Notes: generated by a model not told the origin, from the sequence alone. Positions 18,457-29,500 are shown, numbered from the stretch's first letter. The stretch is 64,000 nt of DNA from Planctomycetota bacterium (GCA_965222115.1 CBDCTJ010000003.1:224001-288000), one strand, 5' to 3'. Made by a program: numbers and translations.

Positions 18457-19971
18457 TCAACGCAGGCTCAACGCTTCCATCATGTGTTCGCTCCGAACTT
18501 CGGGCGTTCCATCGAGATCGGCGATCGTCCTGGCAACGCGCAAACAGCGGTGAATCCCGCGACCGCTCAGACCAAGCGAATCGGCGGCACGCAGGACCGA
18601 CTTCTCAGCTTCCTTCGAAAGCTGGATTGCATCGGGCAGCGCGTGCGCCGGCAACCGAGCATTGAACGGACGTACGTCATCAAACGCCGCCAAGCGCTGC
18701 ATCTGCATTTCACGCGCGCGCTTCGCACCTTCCATCTCAGGAAGTGGTTCCTCGTTCCCACCATTGAGTAATGCGGACGCCTCCACCGGCGTGAGCGTCA
18801 CCTGCAAATCGAATCGATCTCGCAGCGGGCCCGAGATACGGCGTTGATAGCGATCGACCGACTCCTGGCGACACTTGCAACGCGACGCCACGCCGCGCCA
18901 TCCACACGGACACGGGTTACACGCTGCCACCATCACAATGTCGGCAGGTAGCTCGGCTTGGCCCGCCGCGCGACTGATCACAAGGCGTCCATCTTCGATT
19001 GGCTGACGCAGTGCCTCCAATGTAGCTCTCGGAAACTCGGGCAACTCATCAAGAAACAACACGCCATTGTGAGCAAGGCTCACTTCGCCGGGTTTGGGAA
19101 TGCGCCCCCCGCCCACAAGTCCCGCCGTACTTGTCGAATGGTGCGGCGCGCGGAACGGACGGTGCTTGAGCAGTCCTCCTTCAAGCAACCCCGCAACACT
19201 GTGAATCCGACTCGCGGCTAATGCTTCTTCAAAGGTCATGGGAGGAAGAATCTGCGATACCAAACGCGCTAGTAGCGTTTTGCCGGTTCCCGGTGGACCG
19301 CTAAGCAAGAGATTGTGTCCACCCGTTGCGGCAATCCACGCCGCGCGAACGGCAGCCGGTTGACCTCGCACGGCTCGCAACACACCGGGATCGGGTGGCG
19401 CCGGGGTCCACTGCTTGGGAACCACGGGAGCAAGCGGATCGTACCCCGTTAAATGTCCCACGGCATCGGCAAGCGTGGCTACGCCAACCACCGTGATGCC
19501 CGGCACGGCCGCGGCTTCGTGTTCATTCTCGCGCGGCACCATCACCCTGCGGATGCCGGCCCGGCGCGCGCTCTCCGCACATGCGATCGCACCACGCACA
19601 GGCCGGACATCACCATCAAGTGTGAGTTCACCCAAACACAGCCATGAAGCGAGATTGCTGTCGGGACCCAAGATCCCCTCCGCTTGCATAATGGCAAGCG
19701 CAATGGGCACATCGAGCGCCGCCCCTTGCTTCGGCGCAGTCGCGGGCGCCAAGTTGACCGTCACATGTCGATGCGGCCACGGCCACCCGCCGTGCGTAAC
19801 GGCATTGCGTATGCGCTCCCGCCCTTCTCTGAGCGCACTATCGGGCAATCCTACAATCCGAAAAATGGGCGTATTCCCCTCCGCATCCCCTGAAAGCGAG
19901 GTCTGCACATCCACACCCTCGGCGCGAGCACCGAAGAGCGCAGATCCAGATGTTCGAGCAAAAGTACGCAC
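18457..19971 (-). CDS. comM: YifB/ComM Mg-chelatase-like AAA+ ATPase
   Basis: IVGLPD, VNLAPA, GELTLDG, GPPGTGKT, RPFRAPHH, PGEVSLAHNGVLFLDE, NPCPCG, RVARTIADL. Confidence 0.92.
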   Translation of the reverse strand: MRTFARTSGSALFGARAEGVDVQTSLSGDAEGNTPIFRIVGLPDSALREGRERIRNAVTHGGWPWPHRHVTVNLAPATAPKQGAALDVPIALAIMQAEGILGPDSNLASWLCLGELTLDGDVRPVRGAIACAESARRAGIRRVMVPRENEHEAAAVPGITVVGVATLADAVGHLTGYDPLAPVVPKQWTPAPPDPGVLRAVRGQPAAVRAAWIAATGGHNLLLSGPPGTGKTLLARLVSQILPPMTFEEALAASRIHSVAGLLEGGLLKHRPFRAPHHSTSTAGLVGGGRIPKPGEVSLAHNGVLFLDELPEFPRATLEALRQPIEDGRLVISRAAGQAELPADIVMVAACNPCPCGWRGVASRCKCRQESVDRYQRRISGPLRDRFDLQVTLTPVEASALLNGGNEEPLPEMEGAKRAREMQMQRLAAFDDVRPFNARLPAHALPDAIQLSKEAEKSVLRAADSLGLSGRGIHRCLRVARTIADLDGTPEVRSEHMMEALSLR

Positions 19972-20074
19972 ACCCCTATGACGCACGAGGCGTGGGGAGG
20001 TAACAGGGGGGCGTCAAATTGCAGTGGTAGCTCTTGCGGATGCGGCAATCAATGCTGCGTTCGAATCAAGGTAT

Positions 20075-23000
20075 CTACTTGGGTTTACTCTTTGAGGCGG
20101 TTTCCGCGGCGGCCTTTATCTTCTGAAACTCGCTTAATAGCCAATCGTGTTCACCAGACATTCGTCCGGTGAGATTTACGACTGACGCATGAACGGAGAT
20201 CGCCTCGGACATATGCGTGTGTGCCTGAACATGAGCTCCCGAGCTTGACAAGGCAACCGCGCAGTAATACAAGGAAATGGAGAGGTCGCGCAGCCACTGG
20301 CTGTTGCCTTCGTCTTGTTTTACTAGCGTGCGCGAAATCGCGAGACTCTCCTTAAGGCATTCCAGCGACTCAGCATCTTTACCCATTTCTCGCAGCAAAG
20401 CGCCGATTCTGATTAGGCTCGTCGAGAAATTCCGTTTCCGCCTACTATTGCTTCCATCTTGCTTCACTAACGTCCGTCTGATTGCGAGGCTCTCCTCAAA
20501 GGAGGATAACGCCTCGTCGCGCTTGCTCGCGTCCCACTGCAAGTCGCCGACAATGCTAAGACATGTCGCAAGTGCCTCCTGATACATGGTGTTGTCTTCG
20601 TCATACTTCGCGAGCTGACGCCTGATCGTGAGGCACTCCTCGAGGCTCGCCAATGCCTCAGCGAACTTACCATCGGTTCGCTGCAGTTTGCCTACCCTAG
20701 ATATGCTCCCTGCGAGACCGCTCTGCCACACTCTATTGCTGCTGTCATGCTTCACTAACGCACGCATGACGGCGACACTTTCCTCATGGCTCCTTAGCGC
20801 ATCGATTCTATTGCCGTTGGCTCGCTGCAGATCGCCAATGCTATGTAAGCACGCCGCGAGATTTTGTTGCCATTCTTTATTGCTATCGTCTTGCTTTACC
20901 AGCGCACGCATAATCGCGAGGCTCTCTTCATGCCTCGCTAACGCTTCGCTACCGTTGCCCGTGACCCACTGCAAATCGCCAACCTTGCTGATACTCGATA
21001 CGAGATCTACATGCCACTGCTTATTGCTCTTATCTTGCTTCACCAACCCACGCATAATTGCAAGGCTCTCCCGAAAGCTTGCTAGCGCCTCGACACTATT
21101 CCCGGCGTCTCGCTGGAAGTCGCCGACAGCATGCAGGCGCGATGCGAGCCCATGTTGCCACTCCCAGTTGCTTTCGTCTCGATTCACCAGCGCGCGCATG
21201 ATTGAGAGGCTCTCCTCAATGCTTGCCAGCGCCTTGGTGCCGTTGCCGGCCAAATGCTGCAACTCCCCGACTTTGTCTAGACTCACCGCGAGATCGCGTT
21301 GCCACAGTGCATTGCGAGTGTCAACCTTTACAAGCGCGCGTGCGATCTTTAGGCTCTCAAGCGCTGCCATACGTGCCGCGACAAGACTTCCCTCCAGTTG
21401 TAAGACATTGGCCACATTGATGAGAGCGGCACTTCTGCGCCGAAGGCGCGCGTGATCCGCAATTGATGGCTTGTTTTCGTCGTAGTATGCAAGTGCCTTC
21501 TTGGCCGGCCCACCCAACAACTCAAGTTTCCCAAGTGGCTTCAATCCATCCCGAAGTTCAAACAACATGTAATCGATAAGTTCTTCTGCACTCCCCCTCG
21601 CCTTTTTCTCCTGGTTCGCGAAGTTTCGGGCACGCTCACTCTCGCCCTCCGCGCGTATCCACATGTAGACCATACCCGCCGCGAGTAGCGCAAGCGCGAC
21701 AATCGCCCCGCGCTTCAGATTCTTGCTCCAACTCGCACTCTTCTTTGACGCTGTAAGTAGCTCTTCTTCTTCGGGATCCAATGCAAAGCCGGACGCAACG
21801 AGTTGGTTCACTTCATCGATGGATTTGCCGGGAGGTAGTACGAGGTCGGGGGATTTGTCGCTTTCCAGCCAACGCTTCGTCGATTCACGAAGGCGGCGCT
21901 GATAGGTCAGGTGGTCGCGGTTCGAGTCCACCCACTCGCTGAGCTTGGGCCAGTTGCGAAAGAGGGCTTCGTGCGCGGCACCGACTACAGGTTCGCCATC
22001 GGGACCGGCATCGGTTGTGAACAAGTGCGCATCGACGAATGTTTCAATGAACCCGTCACCCGCAACCGCGGCAAGCGTGCGATGAGGAACGCGACGCCGC
22101 TTGGGACGATCGTCGGTGCCTACTTCAACGAGCTTCTGCATGGCAGGTGCGAATGCCGCCCGTTCAGAGTTTGACAACCCAGCAAAGACAGCGTCGGCAC
22201 GCTTGGCAATTGCACCTCGAACGCCGCCCATGTCCTCATATGCCTTCCACGTCAGCTTGGTTCCATCGCGTCGTAAGTAGAGTTCATGGAGCGTGTACTC
22301 GAGAAGTGGTAATGAGTCGGCTTCGTGCTTGGCGTCGTCTTGAATCACGTCAATGAGACGCCGTCCATCGGATTTTCGTATCTCCAATGAGAGGCCCGCA
22401 GCGTCCGCGGGTCCCTTGATGATTTCGGCGATCTCAAGGTCAGTCGGGCGACCCAAGTCGATTCGACCATGCTCGCCAAGTAGGCCGACCATGGTCTCGG
22501 CCTCCTGAAACTGCGCATAGTGATCATTGCGTAGCGTTGCCAGTACCCATACGAATCCGGACGTCGCCAAAGCGGAAAGCGCGCCGAAAAAGCGCTGGCG
22601 CTCCTGTGGCGTGACGGAACTTGCAAACAACTCCTCAAACTGATCGACGAACACCACGAGACGATCTTCAATGGGAACTTCATGCTCGCGAGCCGGAGGC
22701 TGAAGGATGGTCTTCGTGCGTCCGAGAAGCGTGTCCAACTTCAAGTCTTGGTCGTCGCGGAGGTGCTGCTCCAACTCGGGTACTGCCGCCGGTACGACTA
22801 GTGATGTCAGCAACGATTCGTATGGTGATTTGTCGTCTCCTGGACGAAACACGGCTCTACGCACTCGGCCACCACGAAGCCTGCCGTCAATAACACCCGG
22901 TCGATTGAGACGCGGTGATACACCAGCACGCATGAGCGACGACTTTCCGCTACCACTGGACCCCAACACCAACACGAAGCCCTTATTCGCGGCAACCTGC

Positions 23001-23722
23001 TCTTCCAGGGCATTCAGTACCTGCTGCGTTGCGACGTTGCGGCCAAAAAAGATAGGCGCGTGTTCCTCTTCGAATACGCGCAGACCTCGGAAGGGGCTGT
23101 CCTCCCACTGATCAACCTCTGCTATGATTCCCGCCGATGTCAATCGATCTACAACCCAGTGTGTGATCTGTCGCTCAAGTTTCGCCTCGTAGGCTTCGGT
23201 ATCTGGAAACGAATGGTATGCACTTGAGAACGCGCCGTCGCTATCGTGGAACTGCTCCGTGAAGAACGCCTCGACCGCGTCGACCTGATTCTGTTGCTTG
23301 CTGACCGCGCCGCGCTTGCCGCTGTACATGAGCGGAACCGGCGCCGTCTTTCGATACACCATCATGTGGGGCTTCTTGGACTTATCGTGTTCGGCAAGTG
23401 CGTCGAAATACTCCCATTCAGTACCGGTAAGTACCCGGCCATTTTCGTTTCGATACTTCTCAACGTCCGGAAGCGGTGAGCCCATGCGCGACCAAAGTAT
23501 GAAGATCGCCAAGTCCGATTCGCTTGGTGGTTCTATGCCCTCCTGAAACGACCCGGTGGACGCTATGGGCAAGTGTTCCCAGTACACCGCATCAAACTTA
23601 ATCTGTCCGCGATAGCGAAGTTCCACCTGCGCAAGCACCCGCAACGTCCTCGCCCGCTCGGCACTCACATCACTCGGCGAAGACACGAAAACCTTGATTC
23701 GCATGGGCTCGTGGATGGCCAT
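20075..23722 (-). CDS. DUF4062 (TIR-like) - nSTAND1 NTPase - TM helix - TPR repeat protein
   Basis: VFVSSPSDV..ER and TGTEWEY; SPFRGL..F...IFFGR, GSSGSGKSS, VDQFEELF, LPLLEY, AHEALF..W; TM GAIVALALLAAGMVYMWI; 8 x 48-aa TPR-like repeats. Confidence 0.88.
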   Translation of the reverse strand: MAIHEPMRIKVFVSSPSDVSAERARTLRVLAQVELRYRGQIKFDAVYWEHLPIASTGSFQEGIEPPSESDLAIFILWSRMGSPLPDVEKYRNENGRVLTGTEWEYFDALAEHDKSKKPHMMVYRKTAPVPLMYSGKRGAVSKQQNQVDAVEAFFTEQFHDSDGAFSSAYHSFPDTEAYEAKLERQITHWVVDRLTSAGIIAEVDQWEDSPFRGLRVFEEEHAPIFFGRNVATQQVLNALEEQVAANKGFVLVLGSSGSGKSSLMRAGVSPRLNRPGVIDGRLRGGRVRRAVFRPGDDKSPYESLLTSLVVPAAVPELEQHLRDDQDLKLDTLLGRTKTILQPPAREHEVPIEDRLVVFVDQFEELFASSVTPQERQRFFGALSALATSGFVWVLATLRNDHYAQFQEAETMVGLLGEHGRIDLGRPTDLEIAEIIKGPADAAGLSLEIRKSDGRRLIDVIQDDAKHEADSLPLLEYTLHELYLRRDGTKLTWKAYEDMGGVRGAIAKRADAVFAGLSNSERAAFAPAMQKLVEVGTDDRPKRRRVPHRTLAAVAGDGFIETFVDAHLFTTDAGPDGEPVVGAAHEALFRNWPKLSEWVDSNRDHLTYQRRLRESTKRWLESDKSPDLVLPPGKSIDEVNQLVASGFALDPEEEELLTASKKSASWSKNLKRGAIVALALLAAGMVYMWIRAEGESERARNFANQEKKARGSAEELIDYMLFELRDGLKPLGKLELLGGPAKKALAYYDENKPSIADHARLRRRSAALINVANVLQLEGSLVAARMAALESLKIARALVKVDTRNALWQRDLAVSLDKVGELQHLAGNGTKALASIEESLSIMRALVNRDESNWEWQHGLASRLHAVGDFQRDAGNSVEALASFRESLAIMRGLVKQDKSNKQWHVDLVSSISKVGDLQWVTGNGSEALARHEESLAIMRALVKQDDSNKEWQQNLAACLHSIGDLQRANGNRIDALRSHEESVAVMRALVKHDSSNRVWQSGLAGSISRVGKLQRTDGKFAEALASLEECLTIRRQLAKYDEDNTMYQEALATCLSIVGDLQWDASKRDEALSSFEESLAIRRTLVKQDGSNSRRKRNFSTSLIRIGALLREMGKDAESLECLKESLAISRTLVKQDEGNSQWLRDLSISLYYCAVALSSSGAHVQAHTHMSEAISVHASVVNLTGRMSGEHDWLLSEFQKIKAAAETASKSKPK

Positions 23723-23741
23723 AGGTCCCCCAGCTCAATCC

Positions 23742-23770
23742 CGCGAATTCGCACCCGGCACGAATTCGCG
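23742..23770. promoter_or_regulatory. Candidate operator: perfect 10-bp inverted repeat with 9-bp spacer
   Basis: CGCGAATTCG-cacccggca-CGAATTCGCG, about 20 bp upstream of the STAND start codon, in a divergent intergenic region. Confidence 0.45.
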
Positions 23771-23917
23771 AGTTTGACTCGTCACGAAGCCCACAAATAT
23801 ACATCCGACACGTTTTTGCAATCAACATCCAAGGCAGGTATTTCAGCCTCAAACGGGCCTGACGCTCCCATGTGGAGATTTCCTCGGAACCCGCTTCGGC
23901 TGCACGTTTGAATCGAT

Positions 23918-24721
23918 GTGAGAACCTTCGCAAAGAGTCTGATGGTGACCCTGATCGTGGTCGCGGCTAGCGCGCAGGCCGCACCGAACGAGCCCCCACC
24001 GAACAACCCCGCACCAAACAAAACAGCACGAAACAAATCGACCCTGGGCGAAGGCGCGTCGCCGGGTAACGCCCATGGCAAAGGCGGCTTTGTGCCCCGA
24101 GGGAGCCTGCGCAACTTCTATGCGGCATCCGGCGGACGGCTTTGGTACTACATGAACAACTATTACTGGGTGCCGAAATCGGCACTGCGTAAGGATCTCT
24201 GGATCAAGGCGGAGGTCACAGAGTCCTTTAGCGGCTTGCGTAAGTGGCCCGATGGCAAGACGGTCAAGGGGCCCGTGCCCAAGGTTACGGTCGAGTACTG
24301 GTTGGTCGGAACCAAGGGACGGACGGTACGAATCGACAATCACAAAGACTACCTGTTGCTGGCCGACAACTACACGGCGGGCAAGATCTCGGTCAAGGTC
24401 ACACTCACGCTGGGCGCCCTTCAAGTCAAAGACAAGAAAGGCATTTGGGGCGACTCACCCAAATCCTATGTACTTGAGTCTCGCAACTACTCAGGCGGTG
24501 GAGGCCTCGGCGCAAGTCACACGCGCTTCGTCCCATTACGCACCGAAGCCGTCACGGTTTGGGGATACGAGATACCTTGGGACACACACCCCCAACGCCT
24601 CACACGCAGCAATTGGCGTCGCCTCAAAATGCCCAAGTGGAAACTGATCACGCGCCGTGCGCCCGCCGTCCCTACCACGTCACAGGCACCTACCACTCCA
24701 TCCGCGACGACGTCACGCTGA
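23918..24721 (+). CDS. Hypothetical secreted basic protein
   Basis: Signal peptide MRTFAKSLMVTLIVVAASAQA; K/R/W/Y-rich mature part; no recognised family. Confidence 0.7.
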   Translation: MRTFAKSLMVTLIVVAASAQAAPNEPPPNNPAPNKTARNKSTLGEGASPGNAHGKGGFVPRGSLRNFYAASGGRLWYYMNNYYWVPKSALRKDLWIKAEVTESFSGLRKWPDGKTVKGPVPKVTVEYWLVGTKGRTVRIDNHKDYLLLADNYTAGKISVKVTLTLGALQVKDKKGIWGDSPKSYVLESRNYSGGGGLGASHTRFVPLRTEAVTVWGYEIPWDTHPQRLTRSNWRRLKMPKWKLITRRAPAVPTTSQAPTTPSATTSR

Positions 24722-24795
24722 CAGCATGGGAGCGGTGTTCTTCCATCCACCTCGCAGGTATACACCCGGCACTTTTGTACGGGGTTCGCGGGGCG

Positions 24796-26472
24796 CTAGC
24801 GGCCCTGCTTCGGACCGCGCTTTGCGCCTTTCCGCTTGCCGCGACCGGACGGCTTTCCCTTGCGTTTCTTGCGGCGAGGTGGACCCCCGGGGTGAGCCAA
24901 GCGGGCGGAGACGACGCGCCGGCCAAAGCGTACGTTCTTTAGGGCGGTAAGGATTGCGCTTACGTGTTCGGTGCGGACTTGGATGAAGCTTACGGAGTCG
25001 CGCATGTTGATGCGGCCAACGACGTGGCCGGGGAGATCGGTTTCGCCGGCAATGACGCCCACCAACGTGCCCGGGCGTACGCGGTCGCGACCGCCGACGG
25101 GAATCACAATCTCGGTGTAGTCGTTGGGATCTCTGGAGGGTTGCGCAACGGGGTCGGCGCGGAGCGGGCCATCGCCCCACGCAAGACGCAGTGCGGCCGC
25201 AGCAAGGGTAGTCGCATCGATGTCGGATGCACTTGTGATGTGCTCGGCCCATTCGCGAAAGTCATCGATGCCATCCTCACTGACAGTCGCAAGTGCCTGC
25301 AACATGCGTTCGCGTTGACGCGATAGAAGTTCCTCGATGCCGGGTATCGGCATGGGCTTCATGGGTTGCTTGATGAAGCGCTCAATGCTCTTCAGCATGT
25401 ACTGTTCGCGCGGCTGCCAAATAGAAATGGCACGCCCCTCACGACCTGCGCGGCCGGTGCGACCGACGCGGTGGACGTACACTTCGGGATCGCGCGGCAA
25501 ATCGTAGTTGATGACCAACGTGACGTGATCCACATCGAGGCCACGCGCAGCGACATCGGTGCCGACGACGACCTGAATGCGCTTCTTGCGAAGTCGATTG
25601 ACGACGGCATCACGTTGTTTCTGATCCATGCCGCCGTGAATGCAATCAGCGCCAAAGCCAAGCGATTGCAGATGTTCGGCGACTTCTGCCGCGGCGCGCT
25701 GTGTACCGACGAAGACCAACACCGCTTCGTGATCTTCGACGCCGAGAATGCGCTCAAGTGCGTCGTTCTTGCGATGCCGTGAGACGCGCATGCTGAACTG
25801 CTCGATGCGATCAACCGTCTTGCCCTCACGCGCGGTGCGTATATCGACGGGATTGTTTAAGTGCTTGGTGGCCACCCGACGAATCGGCTTTGGCATGGTG
25901 GCAGAGAAAAGCGCGATCTGCCGTTTCTCGGGCGCGTGATCGAGGATCCACTCGACCTCGTCGAGGAATCCCATGTTCAGCATTTCGTCGGCCTCGTCCA
26001 GGCAGAAGAAGCTCACGCCCGCAAGATCGAGCGTCTTGCGCCGCAAGTGATCGGATACACGACCCGGCGTTCCCACCACAACATGCACGGTGCCGCGAAG
26101 CGCTTTGCGCTGAATGTGAATCGGCTGACCGCCATACACCGGCAGCACCCGCACGCCGTACTTGCCAACATACTTCCCGTGCGCACGAATCGATGCCGCC
26201 ACTTGCATCGCGAGTTCGCGGGTGGGTGCAAGCACAATTGCCTGCACGTCTTTCCGTTCCAGATCCAACCGCTGGAGCAGGGGCAATGCAAACGCCGCCG
26301 TCTTGCCAGTCCCCGTCTGCGCCTGCCCCACCATGTCGCGGCCTTCGAGCAGCGGAGGAATCGCACCCACTTGAATCGGCGTTGGGGTCTCGTAGCCCAG
26401 TTCGCGAATCGCCTTTAGCAGCTCGGGAGCTAGGCCAAGCGCCTCGAACGATGGGGCTTCCTCGACAGACAT
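24796..26472 (-). CDS. deaD: DEAD-box RNA helicase, DeaD/CsdA-like, with DbpA RNA-binding domain
   Basis: TPIQ, AQTGTGKT, PTRELA, DEADEML, SAT, TDVAARGLD, HRVGRTGRAG; basic tail. Confidence 0.9.
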   Translation of the reverse strand: MSVEEAPSFEALGLAPELLKAIRELGYETPTPIQVGAIPPLLEGRDMVGQAQTGTGKTAAFALPLLQRLDLERKDVQAIVLAPTRELAMQVAASIRAHGKYVGKYGVRVLPVYGGQPIHIQRKALRGTVHVVVGTPGRVSDHLRRKTLDLAGVSFFCLDEADEMLNMGFLDEVEWILDHAPEKRQIALFSATMPKPIRRVATKHLNNPVDIRTAREGKTVDRIEQFSMRVSRHRKNDALERILGVEDHEAVLVFVGTQRAAAEVAEHLQSLGFGADCIHGGMDQKQRDAVVNRLRKKRIQVVVGTDVAARGLDVDHVTLVINYDLPRDPEVYVHRVGRTGRAGREGRAISIWQPREQYMLKSIERFIKQPMKPMPIPGIEELLSRQRERMLQALATVSEDGIDDFREWAEHITSASDIDATTLAAAALRLAWGDGPLRADPVAQPSRDPNDYTEIVIPVGGRDRVRPGTLVGVIAGETDLPGHVVGRINMRDSVSFIQVRTEHVSAILTALKNVRFGRRVVSARLAHPGGPPRRKKRKGKPSGRGKRKGAKRGPKQGR

Positions 26473-26568
26473 CGCTGGGAGCCTACGCGCAAAGGCGTCA
26501 ATCCCCTTGATTGGTTCGGTGGTTCGCCCACGAGCAATTTCTAGCGTGCGAACAGGTGACAACGGCGA

Positions 26569-29500
26569 TCACTTATGTGGCACGACGATGTCCACGTTGG
26601 TTTCGCCATCGATGTCGTGCTCTTCGTCGTACAAGATGGTCGCGGACCCCATCACACCGCGAACCATGATGCGGTGCCGGCCGGCGCCCAATCCACTAAC
26701 CGAAGCCGCCTGATTCGGTCGCACGATCTGAGATCGGAGATAACGCACTGTGCCTAAGTACTCCGCTCGAATGCGGAATATCTTCGGAGGCTCTCCGCCC
26801 TCAAATTTCACCTGAATCGTCGAGCCTTTGTTCAACGAGACCCGATCGATCACGTCGTCGGCGCGTTCGACATCAACCGCCTTGATGCACACGGGTGCCA
26901 ACGTCCCCGGGACAACCCAAATGTCAAACACACCGTTATTCGGAGGAATCACACGTAGGGTTTCCTCCTCCAACACGCTCTCGCGTCGTTCAAGGCGCTG
27001 CGAGACCGAATCGACGAAGAACACGTCCAACTTTTGACTCGCAAGCGACGCTCCAAGTGACTCATCGATCGAAAGTGGAATGCGAATGGGCGAGGACGGA
27101 ACGAGTTTAAGTACGACGTTACTTCTCGGCGACGTGACTTCGACCTGCTCGACACTTGAGCAATCCGGGTGTACGGCTTCAATCACCGTGGGCGTACCAG
27201 AGACTCGAAAGTAGAAAAATCCGTCGCTGTCCACTGCGTAGGGACCTGTTTTGTGCGTTGGGCCCCTGTGCTCGGGTGTTGACGCGGGCCGCCCCGAGGC
27301 TTGGGCATGTTCTTCGTCATGGCGCATAGCCGCGGGATGCGACTCAAGGCTGCGAGGAATGTCGCCTGAGATCACCCGAATCGACGCTCGGCTTAGTTCG
27401 ATGCCATCTGGGGCGTCTACGCGTCCACGAACGATACCGGCGCGCGACAAGTCCAGTGTAACGCGAGCGCGCAACGCCTTGGCGTTCACTTCGACTGCTG
27501 CACTCGTCTTGCCTGACTTCGCGTCCACGACACGCCATCGGCCAGCCTGCATGGGCTCAAAGGCAAACGATCCGGGACCGCGCACTACGCGTTCGCGGCG
27601 CTTCGGACTTAAGTACCAACGCTTGTACTCAGGAGACCAGCGTTCGAGCATGATATCGAGAACGTCGTCCTTTGGCATGAGGACATCAACATCGATACCC
27701 ATTCGGTCCTCGATGGCAATGTCTGCAAAGCGCTTTCCTCCCTCTTCGCGAACTTCGCCGTGCGCCGGTGGATACCCAGGTGCTTGCAGCGTGATTTGAG
27801 CGCCCGTCCGGGAGTACAGCAACAAACTCAATTTCGGCACTGGCAGTGGGAACCACATGGGGCACGACGAGATGACCATTCACGATGGTCCCCCTACTTG
27901 GAAGCCCATGCATTCCGTAATGCGCAAACTCTCGCACTCGCATGGCAGATCTGAGCATAACGGGTGTCCCGTCGGCTATGGACGCCTGGGTTGGCTGGGC
28001 TAGTGGAAATCGCAGCGACTTAGTCGCGGGAATCTGAATAACGATTGGACCTGTTCCGCTTGGGTCCAGTGAGTTTCGACCGAAGGGGACCATGATCGAA
28101 ACACTGGGGATGCGGTCCGATGTCACCTTCAGCATTGTGGACGCGAATGGATCGGCGCAATCGACTGTGACCAATCCGTCGCTCCCTGTACGCACATCGC
28201 ACAAAACGGAGTTCATGGAAAGCAGAGGGGTGCAATGCTTATAGTGGCGAATCGACATGCGCACGCGTGCGCCGGAGACTGCATCGCCACTAGAGACTTC
28301 TTCGACGCGAACCACACGCCTGTCGGGCTTCGCGACGTCAATGCGCCATACCTCGCCTTGTGATGGACGAACCGATCGACGAACCTCAGTGGGTCGAATT
28401 TCCTTAGCAATGACGAGCGCGCGCAACTCGCCACCCGTGACGAGTGGTGAGGTCACAACCCGCCCGGCTTCGTTGGTACGAAACACGATGTGCCGATCGA
28501 GAACTACAAACGCGCGGGCCACCGGCCCCTCCACATCGTACACATCAATGGTTAGTCGTTCCGCGGGCTTTACGAGAATCGGCGCCACGCGGAATGGACC
28601 TGTTCGCTGTGTTTCCGACGCCTGAATGGCGTGTGTCAGGTAGCCCGCCTTGCCGTCCGGAGCGATGGCACGAACGGTGAGGCGAACTTGCGCGTCGCCT
28701 TCCGCAAACACCACGTCTCGGCGAAGAACGTCGACATGGTACTCGCCCTTCTGATTCGTCGTTGCTTGGCCGAGAACCTTGTCTAGTAGGAGCACGGTCA
28801 CGTCGGTGTTTGGGACGGGATGACGCCCTTCGCCGATCACGCGCCCCACAAGCATGAAGCGTTCGACCACTGAGGATTCATCAATGTCTACGGAGACTTC
28901 CTTAGGGGGAGAACGGAGTTCGACCTTCTTGCGCATGACGCCATTTCCCAATGGCCGGGGCGACTCAATCGTTGTCTCGCGAGAGGGATCAGTCGCTTCG
29001 TCGAAGGTTGTTGCGTCGTAGACGAATTTGCCGCCTATGGAGAGCAATACGATTGCCGTGAGTGCTATGCCGGTCTTTTTCATGATAACTCCTCCCCCTA
29101 TGGACGCCGCTAGTGGGAGCGCCCATCCACGCCGCCCTTCTTCGTGTCTTTCATCTAGCGCCGCGCGCATCCTTGTGAGGCCCCGATGAAGTCGACTCTT
29201 AACGGTGGCAAGGGGTACGCCGGTATGGGCGGCAATACGCTTGGGTGAGAGCTCTTCGAAATAGCGCAGCAACAGCATTGAACGAAAGGGCTCATCAAGT
29301 TCAGCGAGCGCTGCGAGTACGCGACGCTGTGCCTCGGCACGAAGCGCAAGTGATTCCGTCGATGCCACGCGCTCACGTTTCGCACGCGCTTGTTCCCGCC
29401 GACGACGACGCTCGTCCGATCGAAGCTCGCGACGCGCCATATTCTTCGCCACACCACTGAGCCACGGTCCCAGACTGGTCTTTGCAGCACCGGCACCCGT

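Noticed and set aside
18457-19971. Element integrated into comM (a known hotspot)
   Set aside because: The gene is intact, and no integrase or att-like direct repeats were seen.
17932-19986. Stop-codon readthrough or selenocysteine fusion of comM and moaC (TGA at 18457-18459 is in frame with moaC)
   Set aside because: ComM ends at its usual EALxxR terminus, MoaC has its own ATG at 18420, no SECIS-like hairpin was evident, and in-frame adjacency over 12 codons is likely by chance.
20628-21455. 275-aa antisense ORF with repeats
   Set aside because: It mirrors the TPR repeats on the opposite strand and has no independent coding signal.
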